Under the pieces are notes generated by a model. It was not told the DNA's origin and ran no database searches. It worked only from the letters and a program-made list of their open reading frames with translations. A stretch of 32,000 bases of DNA, from positions 180,001 through 212,000 of the forward strand of contig NZ_CP065936.1 of NCBI RefSeq assembly GCF_003367075.2. The letters are read 5' to 3'. Position 1 is the stretch's first letter; each line of letters opens with the position of its first letter. Shown piece after piece: positions 19,335-30,513 of the stretch. Both the position numbers and the translations under genes were made by a program. This DNA is from Cylindrospermopsis raciborskii Cr2010. Lineage in GTDB: Bacteria > Cyanobacteriota > Cyanobacteriia > Cyanobacteriales > Nostocaceae.

Positions 19335-20924
19335 CTAAACAGGTCTATAAACTCGATAATTAATGCTAGGGAAAATATTATCCATTAACTCAACCTTCTC
19401 TAGCCAACCGCTATCAACCTTGCCAATTTTAACATCTTCGTAAATTTTGTTAAACCGCATCAAATGAGACCTTGTTCTTCTTACCGCGTATGGAACCATT
19501 GTTCCTGTACGCATAATAAATGCCCAGTCAGAAGATTGTGCCAACAACAATTCCCGTGCTGCTTGATTCAATGCTTTCCACTGTAGTTCATCCGCTGGTT
19601 CAAGGCGAGAAAGTTCGATCATTCTTTCAGCAGCTTTATGTAAGTGAGCATAAATCCAGGCATTAGTATCATTTAACCAGTATTCATGGAAACCCTTGTA
19701 ACCCCAACTAGATTGGGAGGGACGACAAACTTGCTGATAGGGATTATCTCGTAAGTAATCTGCCAAATGGGTCATTTGATATGTCCCCTGGTCATACCAG
19801 GACTTACGAAATAGATAATCAATAAACCAAGGACCTTCATACCACCAATGACCAAACAACTCCGCATCATAGGGGGAAATAATAATTGGGGGTCTACCCA
19901 TAATACCATGTAGATGTTCGGTCTGCTTCTCCCGATTATACATGAAGTTAGCAGCATGTTCTGCGGCCTTTTCCTTAGCCCAGTAAGGATCATACAAGGC
20001 TTTGTCGGAAAGACCTAAGCCACGTCCGGTGATTTTATGATACTTAATCCCTATGTTTTTCCGCTGACCATTGGGCATAATATAGGGTTTGATGTATTCA
20101 TATTCCGCTTCCCAACCGAGATCTTTGTAAAATTCCCGATATTCAGCAGCACCAGGATAACCCACTTCCGAAGACCATACCTGTTGTGAAGATTCTTGAT
20201 CACGACCAAAAGCTGCTACTCCTGTTTCTGTAAAAATAGGAGCATAAGTTCCAAAGCGAGGACGGGGACGAGCATATAAAATACCATGACCATCGGTCAA
20301 AAAATATCTTAGTCCAGCATCCGCCAGCATTCGCTCTAAACCTTCATAATAGGCACATTCGGGTAACCAAATTCCCTTGGGTGGTTGACCAAAAGTTTCT
20401 GTGTAATGCTCACAGGCTACCTGAATTTGCGCCCATACGGCTTGGGGATACATTTTCATTAAGGGTAAATACCCATGGGTAGCTCCACAGGTAATGATTT
20501 CTAAGTTATTGCTTTGTTGGTATTCCTGGAAAGCTGTAACTAAATCACCATTGTATTTTTCCCAGACGTGGCGTGCTTCATTGAATTCAGTAGCATAGTG
20601 TTCAGCTAAATAATGCAAATGTCCATGCTGAAGATAGCGTTCTGATTCTAACTCTATTAATTCTTCCAGCTTACTTAGGTGTTGTTCATAGCGTTCTTGC
20701 AATAAGGGATCACGGAGCATGGATACCAATGGTGGTGTCATACTCATAGTGATTTTGAAGTCGATGCCATCCCGCTTCAATCCTTCAAATACTTTGAGCA
20801 AAGGAATGTATGTTTCTGTAATGGCCTCATATAGCCATTCCTCTTCCAGCACATAGTCACTTTCTGGGTGACGAACGAAGGGTAAATGTGCATGGAGTAC
20901 AAGTGCGACGTAGCCTATAGCCAT
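19335..20924 (-). CDS. GH57 family glycoside hydrolase (DUF1957-type, 1,4-alpha-glucan branching enzyme-like)
   Basis: MAIGYVALVLHAHLPFVRHPESDYVLEEEWLYEAITETYIPLL...; TCGATHGYLPL; IWLPECAYYEGLE; SPYDAELFGHWWYEGP. Confidence 0.93.
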   Translation of the reverse strand: MAIGYVALVLHAHLPFVRHPESDYVLEEEWLYEAITETYIPLLKVFEGLKRDGIDFKITMSMTPPLVSMLRDPLLQERYEQHLSKLEELIELESERYLQHGHLHYLAEHYATEFNEARHVWEKYNGDLVTAFQEYQQSNNLEIITCGATHGYLPLMKMYPQAVWAQIQVACEHYTETFGQPPKGIWLPECAYYEGLERMLADAGLRYFLTDGHGILYARPRPRFGTYAPIFTETGVAAFGRDQESSQQVWSSEVGYPGAAEYREFYKDLGWEAEYEYIKPYIMPNGQRKNIGIKYHKITGRGLGLSDKALYDPYWAKEKAAEHAANFMYNREKQTEHLHGIMGRPPIIISPYDAELFGHWWYEGPWFIDYLFRKSWYDQGTYQMTHLADYLRDNPYQQVCRPSQSSWGYKGFHEYWLNDTNAWIYAHLHKAAERMIELSRLEPADELQWKALNQAARELLLAQSSDWAFIMRTGTMVPYAVRRTRSHLMRFNKIYEDVKIGKVDSGWLEKVELMDNIFPSINYRVYRPV

Positions 20925-21029
20925 AATGGTTTTGGGGTTAGAAACTGAGGTTAAATTAGAGATCTGGTTAAATTGGAGATCCGGGGTTGGGTAGAAATTA
21001 ACAATATTTTAAGATAATTATGTTTACTA

Positions 21030-21809
21030 TTGTCACATTTACGGAAGTTCATGAATATTAAAATCAGAAAAAGGAAAATGCTTTTCCTCATTGCCATGGG
21101 GCTAGCAGTTGCCATTTTTACCATAGGTGTAGTTATTGCCCAAACCAGGATGCAGACCCAGTCTACGGGTAGTACCACTACTAGTGTTGAGTCTGTAGGG
21201 CAAAATACTGCACCAGAAACTCCCAGCACCAACTTAAATCCCCAACCTCAGTCCACAGATACTAAAGAACCAGTCAAGGAAAATACCTTGCCAGAAACTC
21301 CCAAAACCAAGCCTAACTCCCAAGCGCAGTTAAGTATCAATGGTATTGGACCAGTAAGGGTAGGAATGAATATTCCTGAAGCTGCTGCTGCTGCTCAGGG
21401 AACCCGCCTATATGTTTCCTATGCTGGTAATGATAGTTGTTATTATCTTGAAGCAGAAGGGCGACTCAAAGGTATATCCTTTATGGTCACTAAAGATGAG
21501 GAAAAAGGTCGTCAGCAAAACATCACCAGTGATGCCATTGCTAGGATAGATATAAACAGTCCAAAAATCACTACGGTTTCAGGTGCCAAAATTGGGGACA
21601 CAGAAGAAAAAATCAAATCCCTTTACCCTCCTGAACAAATTGAAGTTAAAACCCACGAATATAATCCCAAGGGACATTATTTGATTTTTGTTCCTAAAGA
21701 ACAGACAGACAACAAGTATCGCGTGGTTTTTGAAACCGATGGTAAGCAGGTTACTAGCTTTAGGTCGGGTAAGCTACCAGAGGTGGGATATGTGGAGGGA
21801 TGTAGTTAA
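21030..21809 (+). CDS. hypothetical membrane-anchored/secreted protein
   Basis: Positively charged N-terminus plus hydrophobic segment MLFLIAMGLAVAIFTIGVVIAQ, low-complexity Pro/Thr linker, globular C-terminus. A start at 21051 (MNIKIRKRK) is also plausible. Confidence 0.75.
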   Translation: MSHLRKFMNIKIRKRKMLFLIAMGLAVAIFTIGVVIAQTRMQTQSTGSTTTSVESVGQNTAPETPSTNLNPQPQSTDTKEPVKENTLPETPKTKPNSQAQLSINGIGPVRVGMNIPEAAAAAQGTRLYVSYAGNDSCYYLEAEGRLKGISFMVTKDEEKGRQQNITSDAIARIDINSPKITTVSGAKIGDTEEKIKSLYPPEQIEVKTHEYNPKGHYLIFVPKEQTDNKYRVVFETDGKQVTSFRSGKLPEVGYVEGCS

Positions 21810-21821
21810 AGCTTAGGAAAA

Positions 21822-21857
21822 ATTAGGACTTGCTGTTATCACAATAAGTCCTATTTA
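21822..21857. terminator. putative terminator between convergent genes
   Basis: TAGGACTT (21824-21831) / AAGTCCTA (21846-21853) with A/T flanks, between the + ORF end 21809 and the murA stop 21886. Confidence 0.55.
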
Positions 21858-21885
21858 AAACTACATACCCGCGATTACTTATGTT

Positions 21886-23217
21886 TTATGTACGGATTAT
21901 TTTTGCCCCAACTTGCTGTAATTTAGTATCTAATCTATCATAGCCACGATCTAAATGTTTTAGTCCTTGAATAATCGTTTCTCCTTGTGCTGCAAGACCG
22001 GCTAACACTAGTGCTGCGGATGCTCTTAGGTCTGTACCGATAACTGGTGCCCCTGATAATATTGGTACACCCCGAACAAATGCCGTATTACTCTTAACGC
22101 GAATTTCCGCTCCTAACCGGTTTAACTCAGAAGCATGACTCAACCGGTTTTCAAAAACCGATTCGTTAATAATACTATCACCATCAGCTATGCTTAATAG
22201 TGCCATGAATTGCGCTTGCATATCTGTAGGAAACCCTGGATGGGGTAAAGTATCAATGTTGGTAGCTTTGAGTTTTTGTGCAGGTTTTACCCGCAAGCAG
22301 TCTGTACCTTCTTGGAGGATGGACACACCAATATCTTTCAACTTAGCAATTACAGGGATTAAATGGTCTGATTTAACTGGAGATAGCAGCAATTCGGAGT
22401 GAGTAATCGCAGCAGCAATTAAAAATGTACCTGCTTCAATGCGATCAGGAATAATACTATATTCGGTAGAGTGCAGTTTATCAACACCGACGATGGTAAT
22501 TGTACCTGTGCCCGCACCTTGAATTTTTGCCCCCATAGAATTACAGAAGTTAGCCAAATCTACTACTTCTGGCTCTCGGGCAGCATTTTCAATGATGGTT
22601 TCTCCATCAGCTAGAGTAGCAGCCATCATCAAGGTTTCTGTGGCACCAACACTGGGAGTATCTAAATAAATTCGCGCACCTTGTAATCTACCATTGTTAC
22701 CAGTAACCTGGGCATGACAAATTCCATGTTCAATCTCCATATCTGCTCCCATGGCTTGTAGTCCGCGAACATGTAGATCAACGGGTCTGGCACCAATAGC
22801 GCAACCTCCTGGTAAAGGCATTTGTGCTACACCTAATCGAGCTAAAATTGGACCAATGGCAAAAAAGCTTGCCCGCAACTGGGTTACCAGTTCATAGGGT
22901 GCTTTAGATGTGGTAATATCTCTAGCATTAATATTCAGTGTATCCTTATGCCTTTCCACGGATAAACCTAAAGCAGTTAAAACTTGCCCCATACTTTCTA
23001 CGTCCGCTAACAAAGGGACATTACTAATCCGACAATCTCCAGAGCAAAGCAAAGCTCCAGCCATGATTACCAGGGCTGAATTTTTGGCCCCGCTAATTCT
23101 TACATTCCCTTCCAGGGAATATCCACCACAAATTTTTAAGACTGAGGAGTCTACTTGGGTATCTGACAGGGTGCTAGGAGAATTAATAAGTCTACCTCCT
23201 TTAAGATTTACGGTCAT
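21886..23217 (-). CDS. murA: UDP-N-acetylglucosamine 1-carboxyvinyltransferase
   Basis: [21 protein letters not shown]...[27 protein letters not shown]...[17 protein letters not shown]...[23 protein letters not shown]. Confidence 0.98.
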   Translation of the reverse strand: MTVNLKGGRLINSPSTLSDTQVDSSVLKICGGYSLEGNVRISGAKNSALVIMAGALLCSGDCRISNVPLLADVESMGQVLTALGLSVERHKDTLNINARDITTSKAPYELVTQLRASFFAIGPILARLGVAQMPLPGGCAIGARPVDLHVRGLQAMGADMEIEHGICHAQVTGNNGRLQGARIYLDTPSVGATETLMMAATLADGETIIENAAREPEVVDLANFCNSMGAKIQGAGTGTITIVGVDKLHSTEYSIIPDRIEAGTFLIAAAITHSELLLSPVKSDHLIPVIAKLKDIGVSILQEGTDCLRVKPAQKLKATNIDTLPHPGFPTDMQAQFMALLSIADGDSIINESVFENRLSHASELNRLGAEIRVKSNTAFVRGVPILSGAPVIGTDLRASAALVLAGLAAQGETIIQGLKHLDRGYDRLDTKLQQVGAKIIRT

Positions 23218-23338
23218 AGGTGTTCGCGTTCAGTTTTAGATTCTACAGCAAAGTTTACTAGTTCTCTTGACAATCCCCAAGATTTACGTCATCATATTAA
23301 GTCAGCAGTGAAATGCGGTAAAATACTAAATGTAATGT

Positions 23339-23420
23339 GCGGAACTGGCGGAATTGGCAGACGCGCTAGATTCAGGTTCTAGTGCCGTAAGGCTTCCGGG
23401 TTCAAGTCCCGGGTTCCGCA
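23339..23420 (+). tRNA. tRNA-Leu (anticodon CAG)
   Basis: GCGGAAC...GTTCCGC acceptor, anticodon arm CTAGA-TTCAGGT-TCTAG, variable arm, TTCAAGTCC T-loop; 82 nt; CCA not encoded. Confidence 0.96.
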
Positions 23421-23450
23421 TTCGGGCAATTATTAGTCCTTTGGAGTGTT

Positions 23451-24242
23451 GTGCTGACCAGTTTACAAAATCCTCTAGTTAAGCAGATCCGTAAGTTACA
23501 CTCCCCTAAGGAGAGACATAAACAACAGTTGTTTGTGTTGGAGGGAACCCATTTAATTACAGAGGCTTGTAGTGTAAATTACCCGTTGGAAACGGTTTGT
23601 TGCACTATGGATTGGCAAAATTCCCATTCGGAATTGTGGCAAAATGTTTGTAATGCTTGTCATCGTACAGAAATAGTCAGCCAAGAGGTTTTAGCAGCTA
23701 TGGCCACCACGGTCCAACCGGATGGTGTGGTGGCCATGGTCAAACGTTGTGAGGATCACCCCATTCCCATGACGGGGTTGGCTCTAGCTCTGGAAACTAT
23801 TCAGGATCCAGGCAATTTGGGAACTATTATCCGTACTGCTGCTGCTGTGGATGCTTCCGGTTTATGGTTAAGTAATGATAGTGTGGATTTAGACCATCCT
23901 AAGGTTTTGCGGGCTTCTGCTGGCCAGTGGTTTCGCTTAAAAAAGCAGGTGAGTCACAACCTAAAGGACACTGTACAAGATTGTCAACGAGGAGGTATGC
24001 AAGTGGTTGCTACCCTACCAACCGCTGAGTTAACCTATTGGCAAGTGGATTGGTCTTTACCCAGTCTTATTTTACTGGGCAATGAAGGTGCTGGTTTATC
24101 AGATGAATTGGCAACAATGGCAAATATACAAGTTAAAATACCTCTTAGCCCTCAAGTTGAATCCTTAAATGTGGCTATATCTGCCTCTTTAATATTATAT
24201 GAGGCGCAGCGACAAAAAACTTGTGGAAAAAATACAAATTAG
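23451..24242 (+). CDS. TrmH/SpoU family RNA 2'-O-ribose methyltransferase
   Basis: LTSLQNPLVKQIRKLHSPKERHKQQLFVLEG...ALETIQDPGNLGTIIRTAAA...LLGNEGAGLS...IPLSPQVESLNVAISASLILYEAQRQ. Confidence 0.95.
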   Translation: MLTSLQNPLVKQIRKLHSPKERHKQQLFVLEGTHLITEACSVNYPLETVCCTMDWQNSHSELWQNVCNACHRTEIVSQEVLAAMATTVQPDGVVAMVKRCEDHPIPMTGLALALETIQDPGNLGTIIRTAAAVDASGLWLSNDSVDLDHPKVLRASAGQWFRLKKQVSHNLKDTVQDCQRGGMQVVATLPTAELTYWQVDWSLPSLILLGNEGAGLSDELATMANIQVKIPLSPQVESLNVAISASLILYEAQRQKTCGKNTN

Positions 24243-24245
24243 TAT

Positions 24246-24827
24246 TTGACAAGAAAGAGAATGAGTCAGTTCTTGATTAGGACTTTTACTAGTCTCAGTA
24301 TGTTGGTAGGGTTTATGGTAATATCAGGTTGTAACATGTCCTTATTTGAGAATACAAATATTAAAGACGTTGTAGAGAAAGTAAGTGATGGAGACACATT
24401 GATATTAAGAGATGGTAGTGGAGAAAAACACAAAGTACGACTGGGTTGTATAGATGCACCAGAGATACCCCATTCCCATAAGCAAAAGAGGAGTAAAAAA
24501 AGGCGGGATATGAATCAGTTTAATTGGGGGGTAAGGGCAAAAAATCGTCTGGCACAATTGATTAAAAATTCAGGGCGTAGGGTGAAAATAAATGTTGTTG
24601 ACCAGGACGAATATGGTAGAAAAGTTATAGAATTGCGGTTGAGAGATGATACTTTAGTGCAAGAAGTTTTATTGACAGAAGGCTTGGCAAAAGTCCATCC
24701 GGAATACATGAAACTATGTAGTAGTAAAGATATTATGTTACAGGCACAAACCCAGGCCCAAAGACAAAAAATAGGAATTTGGGGTGATGATGAATTTATT
24801 AATCCCTGGGAATATCGCAAACTATAG
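24246..24827 (+). CDS. thermonuclease (SNase-like) with lipoprotein-type signal
   Basis: Lipobox-like LVGFMVISGC; SNase catalytic pattern VSDGDT...VRLGCIDAPE...DQDEYGRKV. Confidence 0.92.
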   Translation: MTRKRMSQFLIRTFTSLSMLVGFMVISGCNMSLFENTNIKDVVEKVSDGDTLILRDGSGEKHKVRLGCIDAPEIPHSHKQKRSKKRRDMNQFNWGVRAKNRLAQLIKNSGRRVKINVVDQDEYGRKVIELRLRDDTLVQEVLLTEGLAKVHPEYMKLCSSKDIMLQAQTQAQRQKIGIWGDDEFINPWEYRKL

Positions 24828-24835
24828 GGTGGGTG

Positions 24836-24853
24836 GTGGTTTTTAAAAACCAC
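24836..24853. terminator. perfect 18-nt palindrome, possible terminator or operator
   Basis: GTGGTTTTTAAAAACCAC between the thermonuclease stop (24827) and the downstream ABC ATPase start. Confidence 0.35.
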
Positions 24854-24885
24854 AGTTAGGATATATAATTTAGAGTTAATTTACG

Positions 24886-25725
24886 ATGACTAACAACCAA
24901 TTGCCCAAGTACGAATCCTTAGTGAGATCATCCGGTATGTCAGACCAACCCTTGATTGAACTGAGAGGTGTTTCTAAATCATTTGGAAGAACCAGGGTTT
25001 TAGACAGTGTGGATTTACAAATTTACAGAGGAGAAGCACTCGGAATTATTGGACCATCAGGAACGGGAAAATCAACCATCCTAAGAATTATAGCAGGCCT
25101 ACTAGAACCTGATGCAGGAGAAATTTATATTCAAGGAAAAAAACGCAATGGTTTAATTGAAGATAATAAAGACCCCATTGGCATTGGCATGGTATTTCAA
25201 CAGGCGGCCCTGTTTGATTCCTTAAATGTAGATGAAAATGTGGGGTTCCTATTATATCAAAAATCAAAACTGGCCTCCAATCGCATTCGCAACCTAGTCA
25301 ACGAAAAATTAGAAATGGTGGGGTTATCAGCTGAAATTGCTAATCTTTACCCTTCGGAACTTTCTGGTGGGATGCGAAAAAGGGTAAGTTTTGCCCGTGC
25401 TATCATGTCCAATCCCGACTATCCCCGTGATACTCCGGAAGTTCTACTATATGATGAACCTACTGCTGGGCTTGATCCAATCGCTTCTACCGTTATAGAA
25501 GATTTAATCCGTAACTTGCAACATACTCAAGGCGTTTGTAGTACCTACTGCATTGTTACCCACCAGGATAGCACAATCAGACGCACAGCGGATAAGTTAA
25601 TATTTCTTTACCAAGGCAAGGTACAATGGCAAGGTAAAATAAGTGAAATAGATTACACTGATAATCAGTTAATCAGACAATTTATGAGTGGTAGTATCCA
25701 GGGACCAATTCAGGTGATTGGCTAA
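24886..25725 (+). CDS. ABC transporter ATP-binding protein, MlaF-like
   Basis: GPSGTGKSTILRIIAGLLEPDAG, LSGGMRKRVSFARAI, LLYDEPTAGLDPIAS; immediately followed by an MCE-domain gene. Confidence 0.92.
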   Translation: MTNNQLPKYESLVRSSGMSDQPLIELRGVSKSFGRTRVLDSVDLQIYRGEALGIIGPSGTGKSTILRIIAGLLEPDAGEIYIQGKKRNGLIEDNKDPIGIGMVFQQAALFDSLNVDENVGFLLYQKSKLASNRIRNLVNEKLEMVGLSAEIANLYPSELSGGMRKRVSFARAIMSNPDYPRDTPEVLLYDEPTAGLDPIASTVIEDLIRNLQHTQGVCSTYCIVTHQDSTIRRTADKLIFLYQGKVQWQGKISEIDYTDNQLIRQFMSGSIQGPIQVIG

Positions 25726-25749
25726 TAACCAGTATGAAAGGGGGATTGA

Positions 25750-27162
25750 ATGAGTGGATTCAAGACTACAAGGACTTTTAGGGAAGGTGCAGTAGGATTA
25801 ATATTCCTAATTGGTTTGGGAGCATTTGGTGTTATTTTTTTATGGCTAAATCGAGTGACTCCAGGACGTAGTTCCTATCAGGTAATAGTGGAATTTGCTG
25901 ATGCTGGAGGTATGCAAAAAGGCGATCCTGTCCGCTATCGCGGGGTGAAAGTGGGTAGTATTGCCAGGATGACTACTAAACCAAATGCGGTGGAAGTCGA
26001 GCTGGAAATCAATGACCCTAATTTGCTAATACCCGCCGATTCCAGAATAGAAGCTAATCAAAGTGGTTTAATCAGTGAAAGTATTGTTGATATTACTCCC
26101 CTAGGTGATGTTACCTTAGATCCTAACACTGCTAAACCCCTGGATAAGGATTGTAATCCCGGTTTGATAATCTGTCATCAGTCCGGTAAGTTAAGGGGTC
26201 AAATTGGCACTAGTGTTGACAGACTAATTAGACAGTCGTCGGATTTTGCTGATAGATATGGAAATCAGCAGTTTTACGATAATATTAATCGTTTGTTAAT
26301 TACTTCCACAGATGCAGCGGCTAGTATAGCTAAGCTAAGTCGAGAATTACAAATTGCCAGCAGAAGTTTTCAGGGAGAAGTGGGAAAATTTTCTGATACT
26401 GCTGTGACTATTCAACGTGCAACTAATGAACTCACTGCTACTACTAAACAAACAGCAGCACAGATAAATACAACCGCTGGTGATTTCAGTACAGCAGCAA
26501 AGCAAGCGGGTAAACTAATTAATAATCTCGATGATTTATTGACTACAAATCGTTCAGCATTAGTCAGTACTTTGAATAATATTAACGAAACAAGCAATCA
26601 ATTGAGGCAAACAGTTAATGCGCTGTCACCAGCCGTAACCAGATTAACCCAAGGAGATATACTCAAAAACCTGGAGATTCTCTCAGCTAATGCAGCAGAG
26701 GCTTCGATTAGTTTAAAAGATGCTAGTAAGACTTTAGCAGATCCTAAAAACATAGTTTTATTACAGCAGACACTGGATGCGGCAAGAGTCACCTTTGAAA
26801 ATACTCAAAAAATCACATCTGATTTAGATGAGTTAACGGGAGATCCTAAATTCCGGCAAAATTTGTTGCAACTGGTGAATGGGTTGAATAAGTTGCTATC
26901 TTCCACGGGGGATATGCAGGAACAAACAAAAGTGGCCTTGACTTTAGACTCGATTAAACTATCAATCAATCAGGGTCAGTCTAAGTCAGAAACAACCTCC
27001 GATTTAGGATTTAGCAATCATGGAGTAAAAGCAGAAAAGTTGGAAAAACAAGAAAATCGAGTGGTTCCTTCCGTTCCTGCAACTCCCAATCCGGTGACAG
27101 AAATTACCCCTGTACCCGAGTTATTACCAGAGCCAGTTTTGCCATCCTCCCAGGAACCATAG
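25750..27162 (+). CDS. MlaD/MCE domain protein
   Basis: FLIGLGAFGVIFLWLNRVTPGRSSYQVIVEFADAGGMQKGDPVRYRGVKVGSI: N-terminal TM plus MCE domain, long helical C-terminus. Confidence 0.93.
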   Translation: MSGFKTTRTFREGAVGLIFLIGLGAFGVIFLWLNRVTPGRSSYQVIVEFADAGGMQKGDPVRYRGVKVGSIARMTTKPNAVEVELEINDPNLLIPADSRIEANQSGLISESIVDITPLGDVTLDPNTAKPLDKDCNPGLIICHQSGKLRGQIGTSVDRLIRQSSDFADRYGNQQFYDNINRLLITSTDAAASIAKLSRELQIASRSFQGEVGKFSDTAVTIQRATNELTATTKQTAAQINTTAGDFSTAAKQAGKLINNLDDLLTTNRSALVSTLNNINETSNQLRQTVNALSPAVTRLTQGDILKNLEILSANAAEASISLKDASKTLADPKNIVLLQQTLDAARVTFENTQKITSDLDELTGDPKFRQNLLQLVNGLNKLLSSTGDMQEQTKVALTLDSIKLSINQGQSKSETTSDLGFSNHGVKAEKLEKQENRVVPSVPATPNPVTEITPVPELLPEPVLPSSQEP

Positions 27163-27164
27163 GT

Positions 27165-27461
27165 CTAATTCCAATCTTCTTCCTCTCTTTTAGCACGACT
27201 TTTGTAAATCCCGCCTACATGGTGAATGGCTCGTGTTTTGACAAAGAGTTCTTCCGCAGTCAAACCCCAGAGTTGCAAAATGCGGTCTAAATCATTCTGT
27301 AGGTCCCGAGCTCCTGGAAAACCCTGATATCTGATTTTTAGTCGAGCCAGTTCCGCTAAATTATAATCTGTTTTCTCCTCAGATAGTAGACTATTAATAG
27401 TCAGGCGATCGCTGTGATAGCGGGGGTGATTTTGTTCCTTGGAGGGAGAAGCATCTGTCAT
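27165..27461 (-). CDS. small conserved cyanobacterial protein (DUF3288-like; family assignment from memory)
   Basis: 98-aa ORF: HPRYHSDRLTINSLLSEEKTDYNLAELARLKIRYQGFPGARDLQNDLDRILQLWGLTAEELFVKTRAIHHVG. Confidence 0.75.
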   Translation of the reverse strand: MTDASPSKEQNHPRYHSDRLTINSLLSEEKTDYNLAELARLKIRYQGFPGARDLQNDLDRILQLWGLTAEELFVKTRAIHHVGGIYKSRAKREEEDWN

Positions 27462-27984
27462 AAATATTACCTAAATTTACGGATTTAAGGGGCAGAAGTA
27501 ATTGACACACCCCTGGTCTATTGAGGATTGTTATATTATTATAACAAATACAAAGCATACCATACCAGACCTATAATATAGGGATGGGAGTTAATGACGG
27601 CTACCACATCCAGGTTAATACGGCTCTCACCACTGCCAAATATGGTTAAATAAGGATATTCTGGATGTAATTCCAGTGTCTTTAAGACTATTGCCCAATT
27701 TCGGATCAAAGTGGTACTATTAAACCAACTAAACCAACGAACAACCATCTGCGATTCATCCTAAGTAGGGAGAAATGCCAGCAGAAGCTAGGTTCTTTTG
27801 GTTGAGTACAAATTCCTTGATAACCTTATTCCTTCAACATCCAAGGATGAGCAATATCAAGTCTAGGAACCGAGATTGGTCTACGAGGAGTTTACCCACT
27901 TATGCTAATTGGCACAGGTTGAATAAAATCGATTAGTGTATTTGTTAGCAGTAGTTAGCAAAAGTATCGGAGAGAGAACCCGCT

Positions 27985-30438
27985 ATGTTTGAACACTTCA
28001 CATCCGAAGCCATTAGGGTAATTATGTTAGCGCAGGAGGAGGCACGCCGCCTGGGTCATAACTTTGTCGGCACAGAACAAATTCTCCTGGGTTTAATAGG
28101 GGAAGGAACAGGCGTTGCGGCGAAGGTTCTGACAGATTTGGGTGTCACCCTCAAGGATGCGCGTCGGGAGGTTGAAAAAATTATCGGTAGGGGTTCTGGT
28201 TTCGTCCCGCCCGAAATCCCTTTTACACCAAAAGTCAAGAGTCTATTTGAGCAGTCTTTTAGAGAGGCTCACGGTCTTGGTCACAACTACATAAATACAG
28301 AACACTTATTGTTAGGATTAACTGATGCGGGAGAAGGGGTTGCAGCCAAGGTGTTAAAGAGTCTTGGGATTGAACTGCAGACAGTACGCAGCAGAGTGAT
28401 GAGTATATTGGGTGAAGATAATAGAGTGGTTGCTGGTCGTCAAGACAACCCCAGACGCAACCAGAATCTTAGTATAGAAGAATTTGGACGTAACCTCACC
28501 AAGTTGGCCCAACAGGGGAGGTTAGATCCGGTAGTGGGTCGACAAAAAGAGATTGAACGCACCGTACAAATATTGGGTCGTCGCACCAAGAACAATCCTG
28601 TGTTAATTGGTGAACCCGGGGTAGGGAAAACCGCAATTGCCGAGGGTTTAGCTCAACGGATTGTGAACCAGGATGTTCCTGAAATATTGCTGAATAAACA
28701 GGTAATTAGTCTGGATATGGGCTTGCTGGTTGCGGGAACACGCTTCCGGGGAGATTTTGAAGAGCGTCTGAAAAAGGTGATGGAAGAAATTCGCTCCGTC
28801 GGCAATATTATCTTGGTGATTGATGAAATTCATACCATCGTGGGTGCTGGCGGTACGGAAGGAGGTTTGGATGCGGCTAACATACTCAAACCCGCCCTGG
28901 CCAGGGGTGAACTACAATGTATCGGTGCCACCACTTTGGATGAGTATCGGAAGTATATTGAGCGGGATGCAGCTTTAGAAAGACGTTTTCAACCAATTTT
29001 GGTAGGGGAACCATCAGTAGCAGAAACTATAGAAATCCTTCGAGGTCTGCGCAGTGCTTACGAGCAACATCACAAAGTAACTATTTCCGATGATGCAGTT
29101 ATTGCTGCAGCTGAGTTATCAGATAGGTACATCAGCGATCGCTTTCTCCCTGATAAAGCCATAGACCTAATAGATGAAGCTGGTTCTCGGGTAAGGTTAA
29201 GGCACTCCCGAATCATTGATAATAAAGAGCTGAAACAACAACTGAAAAATACTAGCCAGGAGAAAGCGGAAGCAGTAAGAGTTCAAGACTTTGGCAAGGC
29301 TAGTAAACTGCGTCAGGAAGAGCTAGATTTACAAACCCAACTAGCGATCGCACAAAATTTGCCCAAGATTACCATTCCCCAGGTAGACGAAGAGGATATT
29401 GCTGAAATAGTAGCCTCCTGGACGGGAGTACCTGTGAATAAACTGACCGAATCTGAATCTGAGTTGTTGTTGCATCTGGAAGATACCCTGCATAAAAGAC
29501 TAATTGGACAGGAACAAGCAGTCACAGCAGTTTCCCGTTCTCTTCGTCGCGCCCGAGTGGGGTTAAAAAGTCCTAATCGTCCTATAGCTAGTTTTATCTT
29601 CAGTGGACCTACAGGGGTAGGCAAAACTGAACTGGCTAAGGCTTTAGCAAGCTACTTCTTCGGTGCGGAAGATTCCATGATTCGTTTAGATATGTCCGAA
29701 TACATGGAAAGCCATAATGTTTCCAAATTGATTGGTTCACCTCCAGGTTACGTAGGCTACGATGAGGGTGGACAACTGACGGAGGCTGTAAGGCGTAAAC
29801 CCTATACATTGCTGCTATTTGACGAAATTGAGAAAGCACATCCCGATGTGTTCAATATGTTACTGCAAATCCTAGATGACGGTCATCTTACGGATGCTAA
29901 AGGTAGGAAAGTGGACTTCAAGAACACCCTAATTATCTTGACATCCAACATTGGGTCTAAGGTAATTGAAAAGGGTGGTATGAGTTTAGGGTTTGAATTT
30001 GATAATCAAGCCAACGCTAGTTACAATCGCATTCGCAATCTAGTCAACGAAGAACTTAAGTCCTATTTCCGTCCTGAATTTCTCAATCGAGTTGATGAGA
30101 TTATCGTCTTCAGTCAGTTGAATAAAGACGAGGTCAAAGAAATTTCCCAGATCATGCTTGAGGAAGTTGCTAAGCGTCTCCAAGAGAAAGGGATTAAGTT
30201 AGAGGTGACAGAAGCATTTAAAGACCTAGTAGTTACGGAAGGCTATGATCCTAGTTATGGTGCTAGACCATTACGTCGGGCCATAATGAGACTATTAGAG
30301 GATTCCTTAGCGGAGGCCATTTTGTCTGGTGAGATTAGAGAAGGTGACCAGGCCATTGTGGATGTTGATGACGATGGTTTGGTGAAGGTGAAGAAAGCAG
30401 AAACCCGTGACTTGGTACTAGTTAGTGCTCCTGCTTAG
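27985..30438 (+). CDS. clpC: ATP-dependent Clp protease ATP-binding subunit ClpC
   Basis: [37 protein letters not shown]; two AAA+ modules ([28 protein letters not shown]); UVR-like middle region; 817 aa. Confidence 0.99.
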   Translation: MFEHFTSEAIRVIMLAQEEARRLGHNFVGTEQILLGLIGEGTGVAAKVLTDLGVTLKDARREVEKIIGRGSGFVPPEIPFTPKVKSLFEQSFREAHGLGHNYINTEHLLLGLTDAGEGVAAKVLKSLGIELQTVRSRVMSILGEDNRVVAGRQDNPRRNQNLSIEEFGRNLTKLAQQGRLDPVVGRQKEIERTVQILGRRTKNNPVLIGEPGVGKTAIAEGLAQRIVNQDVPEILLNKQVISLDMGLLVAGTRFRGDFEERLKKVMEEIRSVGNIILVIDEIHTIVGAGGTEGGLDAANILKPALARGELQCIGATTLDEYRKYIERDAALERRFQPILVGEPSVAETIEILRGLRSAYEQHHKVTISDDAVIAAAELSDRYISDRFLPDKAIDLIDEAGSRVRLRHSRIIDNKELKQQLKNTSQEKAEAVRVQDFGKASKLRQEELDLQTQLAIAQNLPKITIPQVDEEDIAEIVASWTGVPVNKLTESESELLLHLEDTLHKRLIGQEQAVTAVSRSLRRARVGLKSPNRPIASFIFSGPTGVGKTELAKALASYFFGAEDSMIRLDMSEYMESHNVSKLIGSPPGYVGYDEGGQLTEAVRRKPYTLLLFDEIEKAHPDVFNMLLQILDDGHLTDAKGRKVDFKNTLIILTSNIGSKVIEKGGMSLGFEFDNQANASYNRIRNLVNEELKSYFRPEFLNRVDEIIVFSQLNKDEVKEISQIMLEEVAKRLQEKGIKLEVTEAFKDLVVTEGYDPSYGARPLRRAIMRLLEDSLAEAILSGEIREGDQAIVDVDDDGLVKVKKAETRDLVLVSAPA

Positions 30439-30455
30439 TATTAGTAATGGTTAGT

Positions 30456-30504
30456 CCTCCCACAATCCCCATGGATTCTATCCATGGGAATTGTCACTAG
30501 GAGG
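30456..30504. terminator. strong bidirectional hairpin between convergent genes
   Basis: Core CCCATGGAT-TCT-ATCCATGGG, extended by ACAAT/ATTGT and CCTCC/GGAGG, between the clpC stop (30438) and the convergent ORF stop (30514). Confidence 0.75.
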
Positions 30505-30513
30505 ATTGAGCAG

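Noticed and set aside
27539-27748. 69-aa minus-strand ORF upstream of clpC
   Set aside because: No recognisable domain or convincing start context, and its 3' end runs into the AT-rich palindrome; could be a gene fragment but not supportable.
29313-29624. 103-aa minus-strand ORF within clpC
   Set aside because: Antisense to a highly conserved clpC region; Ser-rich artefact.
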